From Eledone cirrhosa (lineage: Eukaryota): DNA of 64,000 nucleotides. Positions 44,406 through 58,755 of this stretch are shown in pieces; positions within the stretch are counted from its first letter, which is position 1; each line of letters opens with the position of its first letter. The notes under the pieces are model-generated. The model was given only the letters and a program-made list of their open reading frames with translations. It ran no database searches and had not been told where the DNA came from. Both the position numbers and the translations under genes were made by a program. The DNA is taken from assembly GCA_964016885.1 (NCBI GenBank), contig OZ024740.1, positions 348,130,001 through 348,194,000 of the forward strand, given 5' to 3'.

Positions 44406-44693
44406 ACAAAAATAATGTTGTGAATTTCATTACCAAACCTGGTATATCGTTCACGTACAACAAGGATCCAATGCAACACCTTTACACAAAATAACAACAA
44501 AACAACAAACAAAAATAGATAGGATTACATTCGTCGATAATATGAGAATTCTACACAAAACAATGTGAACCTTAGTACGATATTAGAATGAGCATCCTAA
44601 TATTGAATAACGAAGCGTGAAAACATTGATTTAGGAACACTAGTGTTTTCAATATAACAGATTTTAATGAAAAATTGTTCCATGATTATACAC

Positions 44694-44793
<100 letters not shown>

Positions 44794-45226
44794 AGACTGG
44801 TTCCCCTTTTTTCTCTCTCGTCTACGATTTCACAAAACTTATGTTCACCGAATTCACGGACTGGACTCCTTCTGCCTCCCGTTTGACCTGTGCGGAATTC
44901 CTTCCTTGCTCACATTTCGACTAGGTTTGATCGTCTTTATTCCCTCTCGTTCACGATTTCACCGAACTTATATTCATGGAAATCTGGCACTTGACTCTTT
45001 CTTCCTCACTTTTCGTTGCTTTACCATCTTTGTTTGTTTACACTCTCGCTCGTTCCCCTTATTTATGTGTCCCAACGACTTTCTTTAGCCGTTGCTCGCA
45101 CCAACCGGAGGTATATGATCTTTAAAGCGATGAAATACCAATGATGGTTGGAAGATCACTGATGAAGGACTAACTCTATTCATATGTAACCCATTTGCAA
45201 CCACGCACAACGTTTGTTCTCATATT

Positions 45227-45269
<43 letters not shown>

Positions 45270-45421
45270 GTGTGTGTATGTGTGTGTGTGTGTGTAATTG
45301 CGTGTTTGAATGCATCTACATATACATATAAACACACACATATATATATATATATATATATTAAGTGTAATGAATTCTTTTACAATGGAATTAGCTCAAA
45401 AGGAAATATTCCTGAGCCGTG

Positions 45422-45827
45422 TATAAAAGTAATATATATGAGTAATATATATGATGAAACAGATACCAACACATCTGTATTTATATTGCAAAAGAAAATT
45501 AGCCAGTATGAAGAATATTAATTATTTTACCACAGTTCGTCCACATCGATTTAAAATAATAAATCGACAAAAACTAGCTGCGAAACATGTTTGGATTTTA
45601 AGGTTTAAACTTATCTACGGAACAGGTTTGATTTTGAAATTTAAATATGTATAAACATCATAGCCATTTGGCAGCGCAGCTAGTTTTTGTCGATTTATTA
45701 TTTTAAATCGATGTGGACGAACTGTGGTAAAATAATTAATATTCTTCATACTGGCTAATTTTCTTTTGCAATATAAATACAGATGTGTTGGTATCTGTTT
45801 CATCATATATATTACTCATATATATTA

Positions 45828-45835
<8 letters not shown>
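45422..45835. repeat. 161-bp perfect inverted repeat (45422-45582 / 45675-45835) with 92-bp spacer
   Basis: The arms are reverse complements (the same peptide appears in ORFs 45451+ and 45806-). The unit 45362-45835 is flanked by (TA)n. Confidence 0.95.
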
Positions 45836-45877
<42 letters not shown>

Positions 45878-45882
<5 letters not shown>

Positions 45883-46072
45883 GTTTTTAGAATAGGCACA
45901 AGGCCACCAATTATCCCAGTGTATTACTGGTACTTTATTTTATCGACCCCCGTTTGGATGAGAGGCATGGTTAAACTCGACAGGATTTGAACTCAGAATG
46001 GCAAGTGCCGTAAATCTATGCGCCAAAGCATGGCGTCCGCCCCTCTACCGATACTGCCAATTCACCGCCCTC
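45878..46072 (-). mobile_element. tRNA-derived SINE, second copy
   Basis: Homologous to 44222-44405, with A/B boxes and a fuller 5' end. Confidence 0.8.
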
Positions 46073-46494
46073 ATTATATATATATATAATGTTGCAATAC
46101 TAAAGGCAATACTAATATATATATATACATAATATTGCAGATTCATACTAAAATTATGTTTAAATTTGAGTTGCTATTAGTACAGCTCCTACTATTCTAT
46201 TCTGTAGCATCTGATGTACACCAACAATTCATTCAAAACAGATGCAATGTTTGTAGGTTCATATATAAACGCCCGTGGTCTTCCCTAATATATCTTTGTT
46301 GAAAAAAGTGAAAGATAGATAGATTGATAGACGGACAGATATACGGGCAAATTTATATATTTATATATACATGAGTGTGTATGTATGTGTGCTTGTGTGT
46401 TTGTGTACGTATGTGTGTGTGTATGTGTTTATGTATGTGTGTGTGCATACAGAGAGGGCAGGGAAAGAGAGAGAGATGATAGATAGAGAGCTAT

Positions 46495-49400
46495 ATAGAT
46501 ATATTTCTTTATTTGCCACAAGGGCGCACAAGAAAAGGGGACAATACAAAGACACATGCCGGGGATTTTACATACAGTCGTGTAAAAATATTGAAACAAA
46601 CAATCGAAATCCCCAATACGGGGGATGCACCACAAATGGGTTGTTTAATACTCCGTCGATAGAACAACCCTCAACTTCAGGAGCGTGATGTGCAAGTGAT
46701 CTCTTCTTCCTTTTGCTCTCTTCTTTAACTTACAGGCATATATAATCAGAGAAGGCCCAATCACTCGGGCCATTTTCGCTTCATTCACCCACCCTTTAGT
46801 AAATTTATTGGGTCGCAGAGCCTCTCTCTCCACTCTGGTTCTCCTTCTAAAGTGATACTTAAAGAAGGGAATCAATTGTTGTCCGGAGAGAAAGGCATCT
46901 GTCCTCACTCCCCTAACCTCTTTCACCATAGTCACTTTACAGAGGAAAACCGCCTCTCTTTCGTTTTTGAAAGAGGCTGGCGGTTTGATCCTTACTATAG
47001 ACTCGGCAGTCAACTGGATTTGTCCCATACGCGACAGCAGTTGTTTTGCGTAGTTCCACAGGTCATTTACGCCCGGGCAGTGTACTATTGCGTGCAAGAC
47101 GGTTTGAATATCCTGCTCGCATCTTGGACACGTCCTCTTGGAAGGTTCCCTGCCGGGGCGTCCGTGCCTGTATCTAGAACGGGTAGAGCTCCTCGGTAGC
47201 ACTTCCAGGCTAGGGACATCTGGAAGTTGTCCATAGGTCCCCGGCGGAAAGTCCTAACGAACAGACTGGTGAGCTCGTCGTCTTCGACGCCTAGAGTCTC
47301 CCCGAGCACGTCGTTGCACTTGTAAAGTACTAACCCTCTATAGAATGTCGAAGTGGAGTCTCCACTGATTGCTCTGCCCGCTTGACAGAGGACTGTGAGC
47401 GTCTGGGCGCATTCAATGTGCCAGGCGCCCATATTCTTCGGTCTTCGCTTGACCCAGGACTGCAGCTCCGTCAGCGAGACAAGTTGTGGGAAGGCCTGTC
47501 TCATAAACGGTGCCCACACCGGTTGGTCGTTGGGGAATACCTGGAGATGCCGTAGCCTCAGCGCATGTTTGAGCATCATTAGCCACGGCATGCCCAGTCT
47601 TCCGTTGGAAGGGTGTTGACAGCAGACGGATCTCCTCACCAGTGGAGCCTGCTTCTTTCACAGGAACTGGAAGAGCATGCATTCCATCTTGGTGAGGTAT
47701 TCACGGGGACAAGGCACGATAGTAAAGCGTTAGTAGATGACGGACGCTATGAAAGTGTTCGCCACCTCTGCTCGACCTTTCAAATACAGTCTGCATTCTG
47801 CCCACTTCTGGGTGAGCGCAAATACCTTGGCCATGACCTCGTTCCAGTTTTTCTCCACCTGGAGGTCTGGACCGAAACAGACCCCGAGCAATTTCACCGG
47901 TCCTTCCGTCCAGCGTCCGACGACGCTGTCGGACGGCATCGGTTTGCCTCTCCACGTTCCGAATTGCAAACCCACAGATTTGTCCGGGTTTAGGTTTGCT
48001 CCTGAGAAGCTTTCGTATTCCTGTAGTAGGTTGCCGATTGCCTTGATTTCCGAGGTTTTCGACACCATTACCGTTACGTCGTCGGCATAATCCGACGCCG
48101 CTTTTCGCAGTCCCGGTTCTAAAGGGATGCCCTGAAAAAGCTCCAACTTCCGCAGTAGTGGCTCTAGAGTCAATACGTACAGAATGGAGGAGAGAAAGCA
48201 TCCCTGTCGAATGGATCGCGTGATTGCGAACGACTCCGATAGGAAGCCGTTCACCTTGACCCTAGAGTAGAAGCTGGTATGCATCGCCTTGATCCAGCTT
48301 CTGAAAACGGGACCGAAACCGCCTGCCTTGAGAACCGCTTCCAAGTATCGATGGTCGACCCTATCGAATGCATTAGAATGATCTAAATTGACCAGAGCCC
48401 CACCGAAGCCGCGTTTACACCCCACCCTCTCTATGATGTATCGCATGAGGTGGAGGTTGTCGTGTATGGACCTGGTCGGGATTGCACACGTTTGTGCTTT
48501 CCCTACCAGGTTTTCGACGACAAGCGCCAGCCTCGTTGCTATCACCTTCGCCAAAATCTTTAACTCTGTGTTGAGCAGAGTTATGGACGTGAAATTTTTT
48601 ATTTCGTCCCCCTTGTTCTCGTCTTTCCTGATCAGCGTTACTACGCCCTTGCCTGCAGAACTGGGAATTGTTCCGTTCTGCTGCCAATTGCAGTAGACGG
48701 CTTCGAGGACACCAGAGAACAAGTCCGGCATGCCTATGTAAAACTCATATTGTAGACCATCTAGACCGGGTGACTTGCGTTTCTCGCAGCGGCCCAGAGC
48801 GCTCGTATCTCAGTGACTGTCATCGGTCTTTCGCAGAACTCTGCGTCCGTGCTCGAGAGACGCGGCAGGCCGTCGAGGTATGAGCCAAAGTCCATTTCCC
48901 CGTTCCATGCACCGTCGTTCTGCTCAAACAGTCGCACAAAGTGCCGCTAAAGGCCGCGCACATCAGCATTTCCTAGAGCGCGTGATTTACTTCCGACCAC
49001 GCAGCCTACGTGTTTCGCGTCGGAGAACTGGTCCAGTGCCGTTCTCGATGCTAGTACTCTAGGTACGTTGCCACTCCTAAGCGCCTCTTCTCCCTTGGCT
49101 ACTAGTTCTGTTTCTGATTTGTTTTTCTCTAAAGCTAATTCTCTGCTAAACCCTATCGATTCTACTCTAATTGCTCTCTTGAGAGAGTACCACAATTTAT
49201 TGTTGACGATGGCTCTCGTCAACTCTTGCTTAACTAATCTACTTATCCGTTCACTGTAGGCTTTTCGTGCCGGCAACGACAGGTTCAGCTTCCAGTATCC
49301 GGGTCCTTGTCTATGTGTTCTATCACGGTTGACTATACAGACGACTAGTTTGTGATCTGAATAGGCAACCATGTGAATTTGTGGACAGCTTAACATCTTC

Positions 49401-51430
49401 TTGTCCTTTTCTCTAATGAAAAACCTATCTAGATACTATCTAGATGTCCCGCTGCGATTTGCCCACGTCCACTGTGGTGCAGTCGGGAAATCTAGTCGAT
49501 ATCTATCGGCCAGTTGGAATTGGCCGATTAGACTTCTGAGGCTGTTGCACCCCGCTCTACTGGGACATTCTCCCACATAGTCCCATCGTGCATCTAGGAT
49601 ACCATTCCAGTCCCCCACTAAAAGCAAGGAGCGAGACGTTTAAAGAAGTCTGGCCGCGATATTGATTGCCCGGTCGGAGCATAAACGGCCACCAGTCTGA
49701 AGGCTCCACCTCCAATACTGTTCGCGTCTAGGACTACCAGTCTACCCTCCGGATCCAAGTGTACTTGCTGTACGTCGAAATCCAGGTTTTTCCGAAACAT
49801 GACAGTCACCCCCCCTCTACCTCCCGGCTGACAGAGAGCTGCGTAGATCTCAAAGTCATTGAAAATGGGGGTTAGTTGCTGCCTGTTGTGGATCATGGAC
49901 CCGGTGATGGCTATTAAATATATACAGTGTGACCCAAGGTCGTTTAGAAGTTGGCCCTGTTTCCAGGGCATCCCTAGGCCACGCACATTCACGCTTCCAA
50001 CTCGTAAGTATTCCATGTTGGTGGAGAAGAGTTGGCGAAAAGGACGAAAAGGTGCACATACCTTTTCGTTTCCTGGAGATCGGGTTGTTTAATCTCCATT
50101 ACAGTTCTGGTGGGTATGTTGAGTGAGGTGGGGTAACATTTCAACAGGACACGGTCTATTGGATTTTGGCAGGGGTTGCCAACGTCCTGTGAAAACTATT
50201 CTTTCAATTTCTGATAGGTTTCTATCGAAACCCTTATTAGTTTTAGGTGTGGTTGAGAGTCTGCTTTTACAAAAGTTTTTCCCTCAGTTTCTACTTTGGG
50301 GTCTTGGGAGATGACCTCCATTAGGTTTTTGTTGTTTGTGTTAATGTATGTGTATTGTTGTTTGTTTTTTCGTTGTGTTGTCTTGGTTTGTTGTTCATTT
50401 TGTAGTTTTCTTTTTATGGTGGCCATTTGTGTTTGGGGTGGTATTAGTGTTTGTTTTGTTGGTAGGGGGGGGGGGATTGATTGTGGTGGTGTTTGTGTTG
50501 TTGTTTGTGTTGGTGGTTGTGTGTTCGTGTTCGTGATTGTTGTTTTTGTCTCTTTTTTTTTGTTTTTTTTGATTTACGAGGCTCTCCTTCATCTTCACTT
50601 GGGGATGGAGAAGTAGCCTCGTATGGTAATGAATCGTATCAGGGGCATGTGGGGACGGGGAGTATGTTGTGTGGTGATGGTGTGTTTTTTGTGTGTGTGA
50701 TTGTGGTAGTGTTGCATGGACTGGGATTGGGTGGGACTGTGTTTTTCAGGGGAATTATTTCTGTTTTTTCTGTTGTTTGTGGTTGAACAGTCGTTTGTTT
50801 TGCTTGTTTGCTTGTTTTGTGTGTTGTTGTTGTTGTTGATTTGTAGTTGATGTTGGTAAAAGTACTTTTTTGGGGTGGTGGTGTTTGTTCGTAAGAGGGG
50901 GCAGGAGGCCTTTAAATGCGATGTGCTTGTGCATTTGAAACAATGTGGCCTCCTCTTTCTGCCAAAATCTGTATATAGTTTGTATTGTCTACAGGCACCC
51001 TTTCTGGTATCTTGGAAATGTTGTCCTGTTTCATTTGGACCAAAATTTCCAAGCTTGTGCTATTCCAGGAGTTTCTTGGGGATTTTTGAATCGACAGTAT
51101 TGTGTCTTCATCATCCTCCAAGAACCCTGCCAGAATCAACCAGATGTTAACGTTGGGTGGTATATTGGTGATGTTTATTCTATTGTATGTAGGGAAAAAG
51201 GTGTGTGTGGCAGAGGTGACCGGGGTCACTGACTATTTTTTCGCAAGGGCCTCACTTTTGAAGAGCACCGAAATGCTTCTATATAGTTTAGCCCTTTGTA
51301 TGTATTGTATTTCCGGCATTGCCTCTTTCAAGACGATTTCAATTTCGCCTTGAGTAAGGAAAGCCGGTTTTTTTTTGTTTGTTCAAAATCCTGCTAAAAA
51401 TCACAGTCCTTCGCATAGTGTCGGCTTTGA
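46495..51430 (-). mobile_element. Near full-length decayed L1-clade (Tx1-like) LINE: ORF1 with CCHC knuckle, ORF2 APE-RT-Cys domain
   Basis: ORF1 CFKCTSTSHLKASC (about 50900-50945). ORF2 from 50016: SVNVRGL, VYAP, GDWN, SDH, GPGYWKLN, KSPGLDG, NAFDRVDH, IRQG, YADD, CPRC...H...C. Many frameshifts. 3' AATAAA. The 5' boundary is approximate. Confidence 0.9.
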
Positions 51431-53689
51431 GCAATATAAACACATTTGTAAGGTAGGAACATTTATGCCTTGATATATTTGTTAACGTTTACTTAGTGCA
51501 ATATCAATATAAATAGCAACATCTTAATTGGCTATTTTTATCATATAAAACTGGTGTAATTCCTCATAGTTACAAATCCTCCTGCCAACGGTTTACCAGT
51601 AAAAATAGGCAATGTTAAAGCTAATGATGGTCGTTGACATTTATGTTAGGAATGGTAATATTCTGTTCATCTTTATTCCTGTTTTAAATCCACACCCTAT
51701 CATGTGTGCTTATGTATGTTTTTCCCTCTCGTTATTTGTGTTGCATTAAAATATGTTGGAGTAAAAACTATATTTCCCTGCATATATCTGAAAGAGCTAA
51801 AAGATATTCATCATACTTAAGAACACAAGAATTCTTTCTGGCAAGACTATGACTGATATATGTGACTTAGAAATTCTATAGTTTGTTTCTGGCGATTAAA
51901 AGTAAAGAAATGAAAATGAAGTTATAATCTAAAGTTATTCACGTGATTAATGGATAATCTGTTACCATCAGCATATATAGAAAAACCTGTAGAACCGCCA
52001 ATGGCTTACCTTTCACGTTTTATGAAAAACTTAATTTGTAAGTTGAACAGCATTCTCATGCCTCTGATATTCATTCAGCTCGACATGCTGAAAAGAGCAA
52101 CAACATTTCCCACGAATCACATTATATCATTTTAAATAGGGACCGACACATTAGATGATGTAGCCCATCTTCGCATAGAATGATGTACAACATAGTTCTG
52201 CTCCACTATATAATTGTTTTACTGTTCTGAAAGGCTAAGTATTTCATTCTTGACCGTAATTTAATACAAGAAATTTCACACCTGCTGAAACCAGTCTCTC
52301 CGAAATATCACATGACTACAATATCCTCCTTGAAATTCGATAATCTCCCGATATCGACTGGTGTTTGAAAAACCAATATAACTTTTTTAATCCAGTCAAG
52401 ACGAGTAAAATTCTAATTGTTCCAAAGCTATCAAACTTTCTATACATTCTAGAGATAAAAAAAAAATGTGAATTTTTAATGAAGTGGCTTTCCAAAAGCA
52501 TAAGCACCCAAAGTAGAAACAAATAGATTAAGCGGGTAATCGAAACTAGTTCATGTGCTAGAATCACTGAAAGAATACTATAAGCAATGGTTTCTAAAAC
52601 CAAAAGGTACGGTTACAGGTTGTTATAATAATCAATAGCAGCTCAACAGCAGACTTGCATGACACTGATGACTTGCATAAACAGCTAAAGATTTAGAAAA
52701 TTAGTTGTAGCAGCATTAGTAATAATAAAGTTTGGAATATCTACTACTACATGGTTTCGATTTAGATCCCAAATTGAATAATCACCTTCTACAACAGATG
52801 CGTATCGAGCAAAACATTATGACGGAAAAGAGATTTTAAGGCAAAAGACGTGATTGTTTCTTGTATAATAGATTGAATGTATCGGCAGTTTTAATATCGC
52901 CACCCGTTCGTTGGGGTCTTTTTTCCCATGAGTCATATATGGATTATGCCTCTGGCTTTGAATATAACGTCCTTTCTTCCACCAAAATCAGGATGCTGTA
53001 AAGGGCTCGTATGTGATTCCTTTCACTCTCCGATGAAATCAATAAAAAATACATTTTAATACCCGTAAACAATTTTGGTTTAGCTTTTAGAAATCACATA
53101 TTAAGATGTCGGAGTATAATATTTAACTGTCTCACTAACATTAACATTCGAATTTTACTTATTGCAATTTGTAGTAAAATTGTATATATTGTTTTCTGAC
53201 ATCGGCCTGAGGCTATCCAGTGTGAAGAAGAGTATAATGTTTGAATTGATTCCAATAATTGAGATGTACTATAATTTATCGACTGAATGACTAAATTCTA
53301 AATATTACGGGAAGCACACATCTTACTCATTTATATGCGTCTAGATAAATTTAATACTGACAAGTATGGTTTAGATCTTGACTGCTCTTAGCTCATTTGC
53401 TTCCTACACCTCTTGAGAAATTGAAATTATGAAAGCATATCAATATTTTAATTTCCTTACGCATTTTATTCTACAATCAGACAGACAATAATTCTAACAA
53501 ACAAAAGGATAATGAAGTGAAAGCATCAAACTCCGACATAAAAGCAAATACATACGATTAAGTAAATAATCAATATGAAATCAATGTATGGTGAAACATT
53601 TTAATGGCGTGAAGCTAAGGAGTTAAAATTCGCAAAGAAAGTAATTGATGACTGCATACCATACAAAATATTGTTTGATTAATAAATTG

Positions 53690-53721
<32 letters not shown>

Positions 53722-54157
53722 AAGGTAAGCGAATGATGGTAGAAATACTGTGTTCTATTGCAATAAATTAATATATATATATATATATAGGTAATATATG
53801 TGTAGATATATTTTCTTGGTTATTTTCCAGCCGAAAATTGTATTCCTGTTAGATTTAAATAGCATCTTTAACGTATCTATTCTTTCATACATATTTCGTT
53901 TCTCATTCTTTGCTGCGAGACATTTTGCAAAATGTTGTTCCGCCAATTTATATGTATATGCCTAACGATATGACTAATAACCGTCGTTTGCAATTATACA
54001 TGCTTTGTTAGCAAATGAAACAATTGATTGCAGACGTAATATCCTGTGTACGAAATATCAAAAATATTTATATAAAGAGATTATTCTGTTCTCTTATTGA
54101 CATTCCCCCTACACACGCTCACGCACGTAAACACACACACATGCACAAACATACACA

Positions 54158-54196
<39 letters not shown>

Positions 54197-54197
<1 letters not shown>

Positions 54198-56231
54198 TAT
54201 TGTTATGCTTTGGGAGGATCATGTTGCCAATAAGAATCACACGCACCAGTTGCTTTCACTCCAATTTATCATAAATTAAATTTATAAATTTAAGAATTTA
54301 TAAATTTCCGGTTGGCTGGTTCCCTAACCGGACGGTTATTCATATATTGTCAAAGTACTTTCGTCACACATTCTGTGACCTCTTCAGTGACTGGCGATTC
54401 TTTTCTTTGTTTTGTGCCTCTCCTTTGTTCTGTCCTACGCCATTTGTTTTTGTGTGTGTTGTGTGCTTAGTTTCCGCATGTGTTACATCCGGGTGTCTGT
54501 GTTTGTTTTTATTTGTTTATTTATTTGTTTATTTACATGTTACTGGTTTGTTGTTTGTTCTATGTGCGTGTGTGTTTTCATTTTGTCCTTAATTGTAAGT
54601 TGTGATGTTGCTATTCCATTCATGTTTCCTATTTAATTTTGGTTGGAGTTCATTTATGTTTATTGCCTCTGTGATTTGTCTAAATATAGCGTCTTTTCTG
54701 TGTGTAGATTCTATTTTTATTTCTATGTTCTCTAATTTGCCCTTATGTTCTATTTTACCATGTTGGTGGAGTATTGATGATTCTTTTTTATCTTGAAGTT
54801 CTCGCCAGTGTTCATTTAACCGTTCTCCTATACTACGAGCTGTCTCACCTATGTGCACTATATTCTTATCTTTACATTGTCCTTCAGTACATCTTATGCT
54901 ATATACTACATTTCTAGTTTTACAGTTAATATGGGGGCTTAGTTTACAGATTACGCATTTCTTATCTATACAGGGAGGTTTTTGAAAAGGGTATGTATTG
55001 CTAATAAGTGTTTTTATGGAGGTACCTGGTCTTTCTACTATCTTAATATTAAGTTTATGTTTATCTAGCGCCCTTCTAAATTTGTAAGCTAATTCACCTC
55101 TAGGGGTTGTATTGATGAACATTACAGTCTGGTATTTATTGCTATCATACCATGAGTTTATTCTATTAACCTTATTCCTAGTTCTTTCTATTCTATTCCA
55201 AAATTTGCTCCTATACAAGGGGCAGGTCCCATTTGTATCATTTTTTCCCATTTTTTCCCATTTGGTTCTGGCTTCTCTATATACTCTGATTTTATCTCTC
55301 TGATTGTAACCAGAGAACTGCATACGGTTGATGAAGTGTTGTATGTGTCTCTCTAGTTGTTTGGGGTTGCACATGCGGGACACGTTTCTCATCCCCCGTA
55401 CCACATCCGCAATCAGTATGTTGATTTTGGTGTGATCCGATCCGAACAGCTGAGTTTCGGTGGATCAGATATTTGGAAGTCATGGGTTTGGCATAATGGG
55501 AATGGAGGATTTGTTTTTTGTTATTAATTGTTTCTAACCAGAGGTCTGTGGTATTCGATGGTTGGGGTGTTTGCTTGGATAGTCTATAGTAACTCTAATA
55601 CTCTGGTGGATGGACTTAGCTATTTGCTGGATGCTTTCCATGGTGTTTTTCTCTAATTTCTGAATGTTCTCTAGTGGGGGTACATTTACTACGATGTTTA
55701 TATCATCAACGTAGCGGGAGTACATTATCAGGGTTAAGAGGTTGCTGTCTTCTAATTGTTCTTTAAGTTTAAGTTTAAGTTTATTGTCCCACCATACCAT
55801 GAATAGATTAGCTATGTCACCTGTAATGCTAACACCAATGGCTGCTCCCTCCTCTTGGGCATATTTTTTCCCATTAAATTTGAATTAATATTCCTTAAGG
55901 GTTAATTTTATACTGACCTCCACCGCATGTGCAATCATTTTCTTTAGTTCATCATGGTTTTCGGGCGTCCATATGGCTCTGGTCCACCCGTTCCATCTTT
56001 CTGTGTGGGTTTTCTTGGCCATTGAGGTAATGGTAGGTGGTCTGCCTCTTGCTGGTCTTGTAGGGCACAGGCTGCTCAGGTCATATGTATCTAGATAATC
56101 ATTACTATAGGTATGTTTAAGTAGGAGTCCCAGCTCACTGGTATCAATCCCACGGAATTCAACAGTGCTCTCACTGATCATTTCTACGCATTTCTCCACA
56201 GCAAAATCCACGTCAAATTCAGAAACGAAAT
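54197..56231 (-). mobile_element. Older 5'-truncated PLE related to family B (RT + GIY-YIG, frameshifted)
   Basis: RT motifs GAAIGVSITGDIANLFM and YVDD; SGY; EN CVIC...CKTRNVVYSIRC...HIGETARSIGER...H. The 3' terminus is homologous to 11112-11200. Clade not assigned. Confidence 0.9.
54349..54391 (-). ncRNA. Minimal type I hammerhead ribozyme
   Basis: GTCA-CTGAAGA-G-GTCACA-GAATG-TGTGAC-GAA-AGTACT-T-TGAC: 4-bp stem I, 6-bp stem II, palindromic stem III, CUU triplet. Confidence 0.82.
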
Positions 56232-56233
56232 AA

Positions 56234-56239
<6 letters not shown>

Positions 56240-56306
<67 letters not shown>
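56240..56306. repeat. (GA)n microsatellite
   Basis: Direct reading; similar tract at 60852-60902. Confidence 0.97.
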
Positions 56307-56316
<10 letters not shown>

Positions 56317-57559
56317 TGGTGTGCGTGTGCATGTGTGTCTGTAATATATATATATATATATTACAGACACACATGTAATATATATACATATGGAATGAAC
56401 TATCTGTGCAGATCATTTCGAAACTAAGACAACATGTTTTAATATTTAACTTCAAAATTTCCATTCATAACAATTTTTTTCTTCTTATTGGAAACATCTG
56501 TTAATCAAGTTATCTTTTTATTCCATACGCTTATGTGGATACAATAATATTTTGAATATGATTTTAATAGCATTCAATTTATTGATATTGTAAGTATAAA
56601 AGATGCTTTAAGTAATGTAAATTAATTTATTTTACAAATAATATTTTTAAAATTATATTTCATATTGTATAATATCAGTCTGAGATACCACACATAGTTT
56701 AGCAAAGGAGGATATTTTAAAATTAGAGGATGGCAATTAGGATCTTTCTACATAGTGATTATCTGATCTTAGAGGCGTTTCTCCTTTCAAGACAGGATAT
56801 ATGTTATCTTGTATAGTTTGAAATCTACCCTTAATTGACTATATTATTAGCATACCTGATTATCGTATTAAGTGGAGACTTAATTCAAAGATTTCTTGAA
56901 TCTTTAGTTTCAGATTTGGACCTGAGATAAATGTTGAAGTACTTCTGACAGGATAGTTATATTCACGCCTAGCAAATTAATGTATACACTATGCGTACAT
57001 AATTAATATAATATTCTTTTGATTACTGAACCAAATAACATGTTAGTGTTGTTATTTATAGTTTAGTTGGAGACAGATGCGATAGAATGTTAACTAGTGA
57101 TTTTACCCATTAAATTTCCTAACATTCAAGTTACAAATCAATTGTGCAATGAAGTGCTAAGTTTTGAAGATATCAATTGAATATTTATCCTAGCGATATA
57201 ATTATGACTAAGGTTAAATATTAACTTCATAGATTTAACATATCGACTCTGGAATTATGATGAATCAATTACAGTTATAAATGGAATCATCAACATTTTT
57301 ATTGTATGTTGCGTTTCACTTATGAACCATTAATCTTGAAAAAAAGGTTTAAAACTTGTTCTTCAGTTCGAAAGTTCGTATATTTTATGGCTGTTCATTC
57401 ACAGTTTCATTGTCACTTCATAATTTCAGGAACATATATGTGAGATGAAAATTAATAAAAAAAAACTTTGCGTAATTGATCAGTTCATTAGGACAGAAAG
57501 TAAAAGTAACAATTTTCTAAATAAATATATCTCCAGTTCAGCATCGATCATTAACATTT

Positions 57560-57599
<40 letters not shown>

Positions 57600-57600
57600 C

Positions 57601-57630
<30 letters not shown>
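57560..57630. repeat. (AGT)n microsatellite
   Basis: Direct reading. Confidence 0.97.
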
Positions 57631-57631
<1 letters not shown>

Positions 57632-58307
57632 AAAAATATATATAATTCGAATTCATAAAACTGATTTCTCCAGAAGGGAAAATTGTCATCCAGCGGGTTC
57701 AAAAAGAAAGGCGCAAAGTTGCTTGTTTAATGGGGCCTCGAACAATACAGAAGAAATTAGTTTTTAAGTTTGAAAAAATTAATCGCATTACTTCTCAATC
57801 TAGATATCTTACATTAGACATGCTCTCCCAAGAAAAATAAAATATATTTCGTTTATCAGTGTTACATCTTGATCCCAATTATTAGGTATTCCCAAGACCA
57901 AATGAATCCATATTTTATATTTTCGTTATCGATATACTTTCACATTATTTAGTCGAAACAACTATCCCTAAATTACAAATCTTATCTCATCCCTCTCTCT
58001 ATATTTACATGATTAAAATAGACTAATCACTCGATTGCACTCTCGCGTCTAAGATTACTTACAAAAATCATTGAGCCTGCTTCTTTTTCACCGACCAATA
58101 TTCAATATAGGTATACATATAAATATATGTATGTGTGTGTTGCTATGTATAATTAAATCAACACTATAAAATTGCCCTCTCCTAGTTTCCCAAAATCTTC
58201 CGTTCTCTGTCTGACTCTCTCATTCTTTCTCTTCCGCTTCCTCTCCCTCACCCATCTTTCTCCTCCTCCGCCTCTCTCTCTCTTTCTCTCTCTCTCTCTC
58301 ACTCTCT

Positions 58308-58360
<53 letters not shown>

Positions 58361-58363
<3 letters not shown>

Positions 58364-58432
58364 CGAAGGAAGTGTGGTAAGATCTAGCTGTCGAAACGGC
58401 CGGAGCTCAGCCGCGGGGTCCTGACTCTTTTC
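58361..58432. mobile_element. 72-bp two-part family C remnant within (TA)n
   Basis: An inverted terminus TAACGAAGGAAGTGTGGTAAG is fused to TAGCTGTCGAAACGGCCGGAGCTCAGCCGCGGGGTCCT, which is homologous to 40348-40386. Confidence 0.7.
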
Positions 58433-58454
58433 ATATATATACATATATATATAT

Positions 58455-58658
58455 ATGACAAGTAAGTATGTTTGTTTTGAAACAGAGAGCAAGTTTGAAA
58501 TTAGAAATAGAAGCTTTCACCGTATTTTTGACTAAACAATTTTTAGCCTGATAGTGGGGTTTAGAACCCTCAGATAAATGGAAAAAGATGAGTATTGACG
58601 TACATGGGAGTCGAACCCACATCTTTGGTTATCCAGACCACTGTGCTACCATAACTCC

Positions 58659-58660
<2 letters not shown>
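58455..58660 (-). mobile_element. tRNA-derived SINE-like element
   Basis: A box TGGAGTTATGG and B box GGTTCGACTCC at tRNA-like spacing; bounded by (TA)n; no full cloverleaf. Confidence 0.55.

Positions 58661-58755
<95 letters not shown>

Noticed and set aside
45160-45215. CTGATGA hammerhead core (also at about 63406 and 63972)
   Set aside because: No stem II followed by GAAA could be found.
53755-53965. Short minus-strand ORF or possible exon (also 61232-61447, 52316-52603)
   Set aside because: No recognisable domain or convincing splice-site pair.
58590-58660. tRNA gene
   Set aside because: A and B boxes are present but there is no complete acceptor stem; treated as a SINE head.
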